Shown here: piece after piece, positions 30,754 to 42,993 of the stretch
Position numbering within the stretch: position 1 is the first letter of the stretch
Layout: the number at the start of each line of letters is the position of its first letter
Assembly: GCA_964019335.1 (NCBI GenBank)
Contig: OZ025745.1
Location: 124,001 to 188,000, forward strand
From: Diplonema japonicum
Lineage: Eukaryota; Protista; Euglenozoa: Diplonemea
DNA: 64,000 nucleotides
Reading direction: 5' to 3'
Position numbers and translations under genes: made by a program
Notes under the pieces: model-generated
What the model saw: only the letters and a program-made list of their open reading frames with translations
Databases searched by the model: none
Told to the model about the DNA's origin: nothing

Positions 30754-32538
30754 CCCCTAAACGCCCGGAGCCTATCTACGGTACCCCCCCATTTTCGTTG
30801 TTGCTTTAAATACTCAAAAAAAGGGCAGCATGCAACCATAGGAAGGTGCAAGGAAAGGGTAAACGGTACTAAAATTTTCAATTCCAGGTGCCAGATTCAG
30901 ATGAGAACACTTAACTATGTGTGTAAGAGGGGGGTTGAAGGTGTACTTTTTATGTCCGATTTTGGGGGGTCTTGTCGTGGGGGGTCCGTGGAGTTATGGC
31001 TGGGGTAAATAGGGCAGCATTCAGCCCTATTTGGTCCTGAACTCTAGGATTGAGGTCAGTCTGGAGACTTTTTGGGGCTGTGGGATGAAAAAAGCAACTT
31101 GTGAGTTTTTTTCCAGCTGGGGTAGCATGCAAGGGTAAAAAACACGTTTTGCATAAGGGGGTTTTGCAACAGGGACACCACGTTTGCACCTTCTTCCCGC
31201 ACCCAGGAACAGCACAGAGCACCCTCCTCACCTTCGTTCCGTTCATCATGGTCTCGGAGGTGTGATTTAGGGTCAAATCGAGACGTTTTGGGTATTTCTG
31301 AGTGAGGGAATCCTCATTGCTAGCGTGTTTGCGCTTGGGGGTCGGTGACGGTGTTGTCGGGGAGTGTGTGCTATCGGTTTTGGGGGCATGGGTGAGAAGC
31401 TTGCCAACAAGTTCTTCTTTGAAGCTCGGGAAGCCATAATTTTTGCCACATTCCCTGCTCTTCTTCCAGATTATGGAGGGGTTGGCAACACGGCTTTCCA
31501 GGACCCAATAAAAAACGACCATGGTCCACTTCCGGGTTTTCATATGCCGAACTCCAGTCCCCTGGAGCTGGTCTTGCCGGTCAGGGGTCGACAGCAAACC
31601 CTTAGGAGTCGACAGTACGCATGACTAGGTCCTGTGTTGTGGACTTCTTGCTGAAAATGTTGAAATTCGCCAGGTAACAGTTTTATGAGTCGCATGTAGC
31701 GATTACCTTGATGCCCACCGAGTTGCTTTTTCGTGGTGCCATGACTTTTATTGTTGTCGGGATAACACTGTCGTCAACAGACAACCACTTGCCAGGGGTC
31801 CGCACAGTCCTACACCGGTTGACAATGATGTCAAGAAACCTGCGCATGAGGTGCAGTTTCAGGCCTTCCAAATGCTTTCCAGGTTGTCAAAGGTGAGGTA
31901 GCGCTGTATGTCAACGAATCGGTTTGCTCATTTTCTCAAAAGCCGGGATGGTTAAATTAGAATTTGTTGTCCAGTAGCTCTTCATGTTCGGTGCCGAGCG
32001 TAAACCCATTAACAGGACCAACCCAAGCCAAATTTTGTACTCTGGGATGGAAAGATTCAGATTCCGCTGTTTTTTTGAACCGAAACGACCGTTCGTGGAA
32101 GAAACTATGAGCTCAAGTACCGCGTGTGTAAAAAAAAAGATTAAAAACACCCTCCTCATTGGCCGCTTCACCTAGAGGTGTCCTAAGCCCACCTTTTCAC
32201 GGAAATGATATGTTTCGGGCCTTTGGGAGTATTTCTCCCACCCAAGCATCGTTTCCGGCCCCTCTTTGACCGCCTCATCGTCTTTTTCTTCTTTTTCTGA
32301 CCAGTCGGGCGAGACTCACGTTTTCGCTGCTATTTTGACCATCTGATTTCATTTTAAGCCAACCCTGCCGGTTTCAATTAAAACAAAACTTTTAACGCAA
32401 AATGTAGTTCCAAGACAAAATAAACCGCGCAACAATGCCATATTTTGAAGTCCAGGGGCCGTGTTCAAAAAAAAAGTACTTAGCGAAAAAAGCAAATTTT
32501 GAAATAAGGACAAAAACGTCCGCGCGGGCGTTTAGGGG
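30754..32538 (-). mobile_element. Non-autonomous piggyBac-family transposon, copy 2 (1785 bp)
   Basis: Perfect 14-bp TIR CCCCTAAACGCCCG; TTAT duplicated on both sides; same broken transposase as copy 1. Confidence 0.92.
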
Positions 32539-32698
32539 TTATTCGGAAAAAATTCAAAAAAAAAGTGTAAAATTTATAACAAATAAATATAAGTCAAGTG
32601 TAGTGAGATAAAAAGGAAGAAGAAAAAAGCGGAGGGAAAAAGGAGAAAAAATTCAAAAAAAAAAAAATAACTCCTTCCCCTCCCCAGCACGCAACTCC

Positions 32699-32902
32699 CT
32701 AAACCCCCTTGACCTGCTCCGCAGGTGGGATGCATTGCATCACACACCCGTGGTAGGTCTGCTTGACCACTGGTGGAGGGGGTGCCTTCTTTTTGTTCAA
32801 CTTTGAGTAGTCAATCGGCCCGCAAGACTCCTTGTAAATGTTGTCCTTCATGTCATCCTTCCCAAAGGTACTCATGCTGTGTAAAGTGTGGTTCTTGTAC
32901 AT
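32699..32902 (-). CDS. 67-aa microprotein, copy 2
   Basis: MYKNHTLHSMSTFGKDD...CIPPAEQVKGV*; duplicate of 30452-30655. Confidence 0.75.
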   Translation of the reverse strand: MYKNHTLHSMSTFGKDDMKDNIYKESCGPIDYSKLNKKKAPPPPVVKQTYHGCVMQCIPPAEQVKGV

Positions 32903-33250
32903 TTTTTTTTTTTTTTTTTTTTTTTTCGTGGGGTATCTGTGGAGAAAAAATTCAGCTGGGGGAAAGAAAAAAAAAAGGAACAAAATGAAATTGGGTGCAC
33001 TGGGTACAAAGCGGGGGGGGTGGAGGGGAGGGGGGAAGGGAAAAGAGAGTACGTGGAGCAAAAGAAAAAAAAAAGGAGGGAGGGTAAGCGGGGGGGGGGG
33101 GGGGGGGACAACAGAGAATAAAAAAAAACTTTTTTTTCGTATCGGGAACGGGGAAGAGGACACTCGAAAACAAAAAAAAGAGAAAAAAAAAAAAGAAATA
33201 CACTAAAAAAAAAAAAAAATAAAAAAAAAAAAAAAAACACCCCTACCATT

Positions 33251-34945
33251 TCACTGGTCAAGGGTGACACAAAGCTTTGAGACTTTATCCTTTGCGATTT
33301 CCCATGCAGTTGTGTCCGTGTCACGTGTCTCGATCCACTGGTGGATTTTGTTCATATCCTTCTCGTAGGTCTGCTTGCCCTGCCAGCTAGGCGGCGTGCT
33401 GAGACGAATCTTTTGGCACAACGCCGTGAGTGTTGACAAGATGGTGGTCAGCATAGGGTGGTACTGGTCCTCGATGAGCTCCATGCGCACCTCGAAGTCA
33501 GCAAGATGGTCCATCAGCAACAGGTGCGGCTGGTACTCGGTCTGAAGCTCTTTGCAGAACTCCAGCGCCGAGGCAACAAGCTCCTTCTCCCTGGGGTTTT
33601 CGGGTGTCTGAAGGAGATCCTCCGCATCATCCAACAGCTGCTTCAGGTCGCCCCTCTGCCACCCGGAGAATGCAACAACACTCTCCTTCAACTGGCTCGC
33701 TGCGTGCTGCTCCATTAACGTCTTCAAAAGCATCTCGTAGCTGGTGATCTGCAGCTTCACCCACGCGTTGCTCAGGTCCATCAGAGCAGATGTGATCTGC
33801 TTGTTGGGGAGATGTGCCTGTTTTTTTTTTTTTTTTTTTCCCCTTTGTGAATGAAAAAAAAAAAAAAAAAAAAAAAAAACACACACACACACCTCGCTCA
33901 TATCCTGCAGCACGGTGATGTTCTCCTCCATTGTGTTGACCAGTTCGTGAAGCGACGTGCAGAATTCCTTTTTTTTTTCCCCCCCTTTTTTTTTGTTGGA
34001 ATACCACGATGTCGCTGGGTTTGGACAGCATTTTGAGGTTCTGCTGCTGGTTGGTGATCCATGTGAGGAGGGACTGCTGCTCCTCCATGAAGGTTTCGAT
34101 CCTTTTGGCGAGCTCTGACTGGTGCTTGACCTCGTCGAGCACGACGTCCTTCCACTTCGCGAGGACCGCCTTGGCCTCGTCGTACTGCTCAGCGAGCGTC
34201 TTCACATCCAGGTCGTGGTTCCACCCGTCTTCCTTGAGCTCGACAGCAAGCGCCTGCAGCTTCTCCAGCTCCATCCCGCATCGGATGTTGTTTTGCTCAT
34301 CTGTTCTGAGATCGTCCATAACGTCGTCAGTTGCAGCATTCTTCACGAGCCCCATCTCGCACAACTGTGTGTACCGGGTCCTCTGCATCTCCACCTTCAT
34401 GAGAAGGTCGCCCCTGGTTGTAAGGAACGTAACGTATCTCGTCCCTATGTCTGTGGACTCAAATGGTTTTTGCCCGCCCGCCTGCGCGGTCTCGACGGAT
34501 TCTAAGTATTGTTTCCTCTTGTTCTGCTCCTCAACGAGAAGGATTTTCTTCTTTTCAACTCGATCGGCTGCGTTGTCATTTCTCAGGGCTTCTGTCTGCT
34601 CCTTGAGATCGTTCTGTGTGTTGAGGTGATGGATTGACGTGGGGGGTTGGTTTAGACACATACCATCGCCTCGGTGAACTCGCTTTGTTCTTTCTTTCTC
34701 TGTTCGACTGCGTCGCCGATGTCCCTCGCCTGGGACTTCATCTTGCCCGCCTCGTTATTTATCACCCCGGGCTCCCTCACGAGCAATTCTTTCAGAACTT
34801 GCGCGCATTGCTTCTTCCCGTCGTATCCCTCTGCGTCGTTCGTGCTCCTCATCGCTGCCTTCAGCGCCTCCGTCTCTCCCACTTTTTCCGCAGCCTGCTC
34901 CTCCTCCTCCGCAGGGGGCACCTCATCATGGTCTTCTGTCGACAT
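33251..34945 (-). CDS. Helical/coiled-coil protein of unknown function, 4 exons (introns 34614-34663, 33968-34004, 33818-33892)
   Basis: Three ORFs join in frame through GT-AG introns from MSTEDHDEVPP to ...KLCVTLDQ*. Confidence 0.75.
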
Positions 34946-35279
34946 TTTTTTTTCTTCTTTGTTTAGCCCTTGCCTTTTTTGTTTTTGTTTTGTTGTGTAA
35001 AAACGCCCAGCACGAACAAAAAAAAAGAGAAAAGCGAAAGAGAAAAAAAAAAACTTTTCAAAACTGTGGGGGGTGGAGCCGTGGGGGTGGGTGGGATTTA
35101 ACAACAAAGGCAAAAAAAAAAAAAAAATGAAAAATGAAACAAAAAAAAAAGCATTTTTTTCTCTCTCTTAAAAAAAAAGTTTTTCTTTCATCTAGACATG
35201 GGGGAGGGGGGTATATTTTTCGTATTGTATATGAATCGTCAATATTATTTTTTGTATCTTTTTTTTTTTTTGTTTCCCT

Positions 35280-36906
35280 CTAAATATCACTCTCACCACT
35301 GACGGACCACATGTCGCTTCCGATGCCTGAAGGGGACGAAGCGCGTTGTACATGGGGCTCGTGTCCTCTGGGGATGGCGAAGGTACCAAGGCCATACCGA
35401 CCGCCCTTGACCTGGTTGGGGTGATGAGACTGCTCTTCATCAGAGTCGCCGAGGCTGAGGGCAGCGAACACAGGTGGGCGTGGCGGAGACAGCTCACGAT
35501 GGTGTAGTTGTTGCTGTTGTGCTTGCCGCTTATCCGCGGACCCAATCTCCAGCTCCGCCATGGCCGCGTTGAGCTCTGCCTCGTACTTGTCCAGCAGTGC
35601 TAGCGTCTCGTCACTTTCAACGGGCACTGGCATGGGCCGCTTCATGACCTCTTCCCTCATGTTGTTCCATTTCTCCGTGAAGTCCGCCTGCACTGCAGGA
35701 AACACTTCTCTTCTTACATCCCCTTCTTCCATGTTAGCAACGTCTTCTGTTTGCGAGAAGGACACCCTCCGTGGGGTGGGTGCCGTCCATGATGGCTGCA
35801 CGCCGCCGATTTGCATCCTCGCAGCTAGCTCCCCGCTTATCTCTAGAACCGTTTTGTCCCTTGATTCTCGTAGGATGCCGAGCAGAACAGGTGCGAGACC
35901 GTGTTTCTTCACCAGGGTAAACGCGTTTTCCTGCTGGCTTGCTAAGTAACACAGCGCGATGAGGCCTTGCTGGCATCGCTGCGGGTCGGTGTCGTGTTCC
36001 AGAAGCACATCTCGCAGCACGCCCATTGTACCATCATGGTGGGCAATGGTGCTGTGTGCCCTCTCGCACATGCACAAGTATGTCAAGGTGTGCAAGGCGT
36101 GGTACAGGGCGTACCCGCTGTGCGTCGTCCTGCACAGGTTGGCCACTGCATCGAGGAGTCCGGGCTTGAACACCATCACGTCTTGGTTCATCTTTGAGAT
36201 CGACAGGAAGTCCATACAAGTGATTGCGATCTCTTGCATAGAAAGGTCGCCCTGGGGGGAGGTGTGAGCAAACAAAACAAAAAAAAAAAAATAAATAAAT
36301 AACTCATACCAACCCAAGACAGTGCAGTAGTCCGCCCAGTATCCCTTCGTCATGACCGAAGAACATGTCAATTTTCGGCGACTCTAAAAGCACATTGTGC
36401 AGCGTTGTTAAAACGTGCAGCTGGCATCTGTGGAAGTGGAGATGGAAGATGGTTGCATACCGTCGCCCGCTTTCAGAAGGTTCAGAGTGGAGCAAGGTGT
36501 GGGAGATGGCCTCGATGACGCCGGGGGTCAAGGCGAGGGGTTCCCTGTTTTCCTTAATGTTGGAGCATCGTGCGATTGCGAAGGCGGCGTGCAGCCGTGC
36601 TTCGACGTGCCTGCCCGACACAAGCGCTTTGCACGTCTCCGCAATCCTCTCTAGGCTCGACCAGTCCTTGAACTTAGCGTTCCGTTTCTTTGTCGAGTCC
36701 CAGTCTGGGCGTTCTTGCAACGACACGGGCACCTTTATCCTTTTCCCACCCTTCATGACCACTCTGCTTCGTTCATTCGTCACATTTTTCTTCACATCTT
36801 CCGTTCTATGAGCGATGTGTCTGTTAAACGGCCACTGCCCGTATAACGGCGCCTCGTACGCTGGTCCGTATGAGTTCATCGACAGCGGAGCACCCCCGGT
36901 ATACAT
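35280..36906 (-). CDS. Armadillo-repeat-like protein, 2 exons (intron 36252-36309)
   Basis: ORFs 36304-36906 and 35280-36371 join in phase 0 (HCLGL|GDLSMQ); ARM-like segments such as AAFAIARCSNIKENREPLALTPGVIEAI. Confidence 0.7.
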
Positions 36907-36981
36907 TTTTGAGGGGAGGGGGGAAACCCCCCCTTATTGATTCACCCCCCTGTGTATTTCTTTTTTTTTTTTTGCGCCGGG

Positions 36982-37019
<38 letters not shown>

Positions 37020-38027
37020 TTACAACCCCAACAGGTTTCTTGGGTCGGCAGGGGGTTTTGTGTTCTCGTCCCGCAGGGTCTCCAACAGAAGCTCCCTCCG
37101 CAAGGCCTGGTTTTCCAAAGGAATGCAATCCTTTGGGTACATGGTGATGTACTGTACACATCGAATCCTGTCGTTGGTAAGGTTTTGGTAGTTGCTGTGG
37201 GGAAGCAGCGAGTTCCAGATGATCAGTGTCCCTGACGATGCAGGGACCTGGAGGAGGAAATAATTGAGGAACGACGACTTGGGGAGGAAGCTGAAAAACT
37301 GCGTTGAAAACGGAAAATGCAAAAACGGGACAATGTGATGCACCCCGGGCACACATTGAAACCCACCTTGCGCATCCGAGTCCGTAAGGTTCAACAAACC
37401 TTGAAAAGAATCGTAAGCTTGGGTAGAACGACGAAGATCGTGAATTTCAACACAAAGATCACGTTTTGCCTTGTAAAGACACGCTGCATCTTGACTCTCA
37501 GGATACCGAGGATTGGTGTCCCAGTGGACCCAATCAGCACTTGACAAAAACAGAGGATCCTTCCCACCAGGACGAAGCAGGCCGTACCTGTCGATCGAGA
37601 CGTACAAATCATCGTTTTTGAACAGTTTTTTGAAGATGTCGTGGATTTCAACCATCATTCTGTGGCCCATCGCAATCGTCCCTACAGTGGGGTCTTTGCT
37701 GTGCAGGCCAGAATCGATCATTTCTGCTTCAAACACTCCCCATGTGTTCTGATCCCGTCTGTCTAAGTCGGCTCGTAAGACATAAGTCCCGCGAAGCCTG
37801 TCCTCCATTTCCCCCCACATTTCCTGCACTGCCTCCTCGGCATGGACTTTTTCTTGCGGAAGCCGAACGACGACGAACCCGTTCGCCTTCAGAAGCCTTT
37901 CAATCCGATCCTTGTCTGTGTAATGCACGCCATTCTTGATGTCTTTGAACCTCAAGAGATACCGGGCTAGAAGGTTGGCGTAGATGAACCTCACGTACGC
38001 TGCCAAGCATGCGAACGGGTTCCACAT
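37020..38027 (-). CDS. 2OG-Fe(II) oxygenase, phytanoyl-CoA dioxygenase-like
   Basis: HWD...FQGLLNLTD...GGFQCVPG...GTLIIWNSLLPH...R facial-triad pattern. Confidence 0.8.
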   Translation of the reverse strand: MWNPFACLAAYVRFIYANLLARYLLRFKDIKNGVHYTDKDRIERLLKANGFVVVRLPQEKVHAEEAVQEMWGEMEDRLRGTYVLRADLDRRDQNTWGVFEAEMIDSGLHSKDPTVGTIAMGHRMMVEIHDIFKKLFKNDDLYVSIDRYGLLRPGGKDPLFLSSADWVHWDTNPRYPESQDAACLYKAKRDLCVEIHDLRRSTQAYDSFQGLLNLTDSDAQGGFQCVPGVHHIVPFLHFPFSTQFFSFLPKSSFLNYFLLQVPASSGTLIIWNSLLPHSNYQNLTNDRIRCVQYITMYPKDCIPLENQALRRELLLETLRDENTKPPADPRNLLGL

Positions 38028-38130
38028 TTTCTCTCTTTTTTTTTTTTTTTTTATGTTAAAGGGAGGGGCGAAGAAAATAAAAAAAAAAAGAATTAAAAAA
38101 AAAAAAAAAAAAAAAAACCCATCCTTTCCC

Positions 38131-39405
38131 CTATTTCACCACGGCCCACCCTGGAACGGTGGGCTCTTTCTCGGGTGTCAGCGATAGATACTTCCATAGT
38201 TCGGGGGACAGTGATGCGTCGGGGTCCGTTGACAGAAGTGAAAGCCGCTGTCCTTTCGCCATGGAAACGATTTGCCCGTTCTCGAGGCACACCTTGTGTT
38301 TCTTAGGCTGGAGGTGCCAGTGGGTACGAAGCTGAGGAGATTCAATCACAGCACGAACCCCGACGTTGTCGGTCCAGTCAGGAAGCAGGGACAACACTGT
38401 CAACGAACACCCAGCTTCAGCTGCCTTCTTCAAAGACTCAATCACAACAGGAAGATCTCTGTCCATGATCGCCTCAACGTAAGGCGGGTTGCAAAAGAGG
38501 AGACCTGGGAGGGTAGGGGTAAGGGTGTCGGTGAACTTTTTCAAATCGAAGTCTTGAACCCTTCCAAGCGAACCGTCAGCGACAGGGATCATGGTGAGGA
38601 AGGGATGCGGCGAACTACGTCTGTTCCCCAAGTGGGAGTACATTTCTAACGAAAGACAGGTTGCAGGATCGCGTACCCATGGTTCGCACATTACAGCATC
38701 ATGGAATTCCTGAGAGAGCCCCATGGCCTGGCCTGTAACAAACATCGACCCGTAAACAAGAGAGTGCAGGACCAGCTGTTTCGGACAGGTTTCAGCAAGG
38801 TGCCTCAGCCGATGTGTATTCAGAGGTTTCAAGAGTATTGCTTCACCGTTATCGGCTTCCCACAGTAGGACATCGCCTTTGAACTCCGAAGCTCGTTTGT
38901 GCTGTGTTGCCTTGTCGATGGTGTCCTGTATCTCTGGCCACAGGGTTTTGGGGTTTTTTAGAAGGTCAGAACCGGTCATTTCTTTTTTGATGGAGAATGT
39001 GTAGTTGTTGGGGATGTTGACAGGGTTGTGGTCCAGTGCGTCTTGGTAGTGGCGGAGAATGGTTTTCCATTGGGAAGCTTTCAAACCGGTTTTCTCCCAC
39101 TGTTTTGAGAATTCTCCCAGTTTTTCGAATTCGAGAAGCTCCAGGAACGGTGCGGCGAGTATCGCTCCACTGTCACCTTGCATCACCTCCAGCCAAACCT
39201 GTTCTAATATCTTCCTGGCTTTCTTTATCTGGTAGGTTTCCATGTCCCTCGCCATTCCCTTTGTGACTTTGAGGTACGCCTCGCGCATTGCTATCCCGGT
39301 TTGAAGCATCTCATCTGACAGATCTTTCACGCAGGTTTGATCCACGCACTTTCTTACCAGCTCTAATGTGTCTATCTTTCTTTTCTTTGCCTCTTGGTCT
39401 GCCAT
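38131..39405 (-). CDS. PCIF1/CAPAM-like N6-adenine methyltransferase domain protein
   Basis: GSLGRVQDF...LFCNPPYVEAIMD...LLPDW resembles the PCIF1 catalytic region (GSxGxFFDF...NPPF). Confidence 0.55.
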   Translation of the reverse strand: MADQEAKKRKIDTLELVRKCVDQTCVKDLSDEMLQTGIAMREAYLKVTKGMARDMETYQIKKARKILEQVWLEVMQGDSGAILAAPFLELLEFEKLGEFSKQWEKTGLKASQWKTILRHYQDALDHNPVNIPNNYTFSIKKEMTGSDLLKNPKTLWPEIQDTIDKATQHKRASEFKGDVLLWEADNGEAILLKPLNTHRLRHLAETCPKQLVLHSLVYGSMFVTGQAMGLSQEFHDAVMCEPWVRDPATCLSLEMYSHLGNRRSSPHPFLTMIPVADGSLGRVQDFDLKKFTDTLTPTLPGLLFCNPPYVEAIMDRDLPVVIESLKKAAEAGCSLTVLSLLPDWTDNVGVRAVIESPQLRTHWHLQPKKHKVCLENGQIVSMAKGQRLSLLSTDPDASLSPELWKYLSLTPEKEPTVPGWAVVK

Positions 39406-39859
39406 ATTTCTTTTTTCGTTTGGTGGTTTTCCTTTTTTTGGGGAGATTTTTCTTTTTTTGTTGCTTCAATAAGCTGGATCGAATAAATATGGGGGGAAGG
39501 GAGGGGGCAGAATATGAAAAAAAGAAAAAAAAAAAAGGCATTCCTGCGAGAGATGAGTAAAAAAAAAAAAAAAAAATGGCGACGAAGGAGGAATGGAAAA
39601 AAAAAAAAGGGAACGAAAAAAAAATGGGAAAAAAAAAAAACATGGTATGGGAGGGGATCGTTAATAAAGGGTAAGATGGTATTTTTTCCTCCTCTCCCCC
39701 CCGGAAATAAAAAAAAAACAAAAAAAAAAAAACAGCACTGAAAAAAAAAAAACCTCCCCCCTCCCCCCCAACATTTCTTTTGTTGATACATGATAAACAC
39801 ACTGCTTTTCTTTTTTTTTTCTCTCTTCTTTCGTTTTTTTTTTTTTTTTTTTCCCCTCT

Positions 39860-42800
39860 CTATTCATCCTCTCTCACGTCATCACCGCATTCAGAACAGG
39901 TCTCCCAGTCCTGATATTCGACCTTAGAAAGCTGCGTAATGTACTTGTTAAGAGAACCCTGGTTCTTTGCAGGAACATGCGATAGCAGAAGGGTTAAAGT
40001 GAGACTCAAACGGTCTTCCGTGTGGGTAGTGACACGTTCGCCAGCAATGAGGGAGGTGGCAAGACCGCAGAGCTCCTTGATGAGCTGCATGACCTCCTGT
40101 GTGCCCACCTCGTTGATGGCCCCAAACTCTATAAACGACCTACAAGCACGCACTGTGGCGAGCTGTTGGTCAGGGTCTGTCATCCCTGGTAAAACACTGC
40201 AGACATCAGAAACGAATTTTACGTAGTCTTGGTGGTACATTCCCGGCTTGCCTACACCTCTGCTTAACAGGCCGTTCCAGGCGCTCATTCCCAATACTAT
40301 CATAGCACCGCCTCTGTTTACTGCTCCTGTTGCCTTGTCGACCACCTCACGCGTCACATGTTCGTCCAACAATGGTGCCAGCATGCCCACAGCCTTCCCC
40401 ACTGCGGCCGCGTGCGATACGTTGGCCACACGCTCCCACATTGGCACCACGATGTCCTGGCACTTCGTCGCGATCATCTTCCCGATCACAGCGTCAGGCC
40501 TGCTCCACAAACACAATGTGAGACCTCTTAACAATGCTGTTTGAACAGCTGCATGCGCACCCTTTGTCTCAAGAACAAGCGAGTTGAGTGTCGGGTCCAG
40601 CCTTGGCTCTTGGAAATTGCATAGTACCCAAACCGATCGCAGTGCCGACCGCCTCACATCGCAGTCCGGGTTGGCAAGGTTCTTAGGGAAGGTGTTCTGC
40701 AACATGGAGATGAACTGCTTGGCGGAGCTCCCCACACGTCTGATGCATCCCGAGATGCATGTCAACATCGAGCATTTGGTGCTGGCGGGCATGACCTCTG
40801 AAAGCTTACGGATCATAGGCCCGATGATATCACCCACGCACGCCTTGATAGTCTCTGTGGAGACCATGTCAATGATGTCGAGGATGCCGTTGGCAGCCAC
40901 CTCACGCTGGTCGTTGTCGCCAGTCTGGAGGGGCTTGGTGTAGAAAGCAAGGATGGTGGACAGGCCAAGGGATTTCTTGTCCTCAGAGTTGCCGAGGTCC
41001 AAGGCTGGAAGCTTTCCACCACTTCCAAGTGTACCCATGGCAGCAGTCTGCAGAGCACCGTGAACAGTGCCCATGTAGTCGATAAAGGTGCCAGCAGCCT
41101 CCAGTGCGGCGCTCATCTGCTTCATGGCATTGAGGGCGCACTTCTGCACGTCAACCTGAGAGTCCCCGTACAATCTGATGATGTTCTGGATGAACGTGGT
41201 GTAGAAGTCAGTCAGGTCGAGCTGTGTGTGCGTGTGTGCGTTTTTTTTTCTCCTTTGTTGCGCATACCGATTCGCAAGACACCAAAGCGCCCACCAGACC
41301 CACACCACCACGCCTCTCCTCCACGGCACTGCTTTGAACAAACTGTAAAGGGTTATGTTGTGTTTTAAGAAAACAACGATACCATTCTGATCTCTCCCAT
41401 GATAGCGTACATGTGTTCCGTCTCCGCTTGCGAGACAACAGCCTGTGGTGTGTGTGCGTGTGTGGTGCTCTTATCACTTGTCATACCTCTACCGCGTAGA
41501 CGACATCATCCAGGTAGTCCAGGTCCACCTGCCCAAGAGTGTTCGACAGCACAGGGATGAGCTCGATGATGTGTGGTTGCAGGTTCTCTCCTGTTTTTTT
41601 TTTCTTTTTTTTTTTTTTACTCTTTGTACATACCAGCAAGTTCGGCAACCTTGCCCAACCCGATGGAGAGGGTGCTCGATAGCACCTCGCATTCTGTGAA
41701 GGTGGGGATGAGCTGCTGCAGGACGGCCCTGGGACGCATCTTAACCATCTCAAGGGTGCCCGCCATGGCCTGTGTGCGGTGTTGGGTGTCATGGCTGCAT
41801 ACCTGCTCGTCGTTCGACACGATGGCGTCGATGAGGTTCTGCATGAGGTTCTCGATGGCCCTTCCACCGAAGTTCTTGAATAGAATGTCGAAGGCAAGAC
41901 CCGCCTCTTCTCTGACCTCCGAGTCTTCATCCTTGATGGCCTTGACGATAGCAGTGGTAATGGTGTTCGAATGCGCTGCAAGCTGCGCTCTCGAGATGCA
42001 TCGCACAACCTCTTTGAACCCCAGAGTGGAGCCGAGTCTGTTCTGCACAGGGTTGCTTGCGTTGAGGCCCTCCGTGAGGACGGGCAGGATAAACGGAAGG
42101 AACCCGTCTCCCAGTCTGGAGACGAGGTCTCCCACACATCGTCCAGCGATCTCTCTGTGCTCGGGCTGTAAAAAATATAAGTGATACCACAAAAAAGCAC
42201 GCATACGCAGTCCTCGCTGATGTACTCCACAAGCTTAGGGGTGAGGAATTCCATGATTCTTCGGAGCATGGCAGGTGTGTTGTCCACGACGGCTTTCCAG
42301 ACCTGTGCACAGGGGTTTTATGTTCGTTGGAAGGCATACCTGTTTTGCCTGTCTGACGACATCCATGGTGAGGTCGACTGTGAGCATGTAGACGTTGGCC
42401 ATGAGGTCGCCCAGGACGTTGGTGCCGATGACATCCTGGAGAGATGTGATGAGGGAGTTGGTTGTCTTGTCCGATCTCATGCGGCGCAAATCGCGGAGCG
42501 TCAACGGGCCGCGCTGCGTCATCGGTTGCAGGCCGCCGTCCTCCTCGTCCTCTTCTTCCTCTTCTTCTTCGTCTTCCTCTTCCTCTTCTTCCAATTCTTC
42601 GCGCACCTCGCGTTGTTTCATAGGGCCCTTCAGGTTCTCTGTAGCGACCCTCATCAGCAAGTCGCCCAGCAGCTGCAGCGAGGACAGCCTCACCCTCCAT
42701 TCGGGGTTCGACAACCCGGTCTGCAGCGGTGGCAGCAGCTGGTCCAAGCACTTTGTACCGAACAGGTGCACGACAGTTTGACCTGCTTTCACGGCCATGT

Positions 42801-42955
42801 TCCTCACGGACTCCACGTCGTCGCTCAGCCCCACCACCACCGACGGTGTCATCTCCTTCAAGTGTGGCTGGTAAGCCTGCCCCAGCGTGTGCGGCAAGTA
42901 CACCAACACCTGCAGGAAACCTTCACGGATGTGGGACAACGGGCTAAAGTGGATG

Positions 42956-42993
<38 letters not shown>

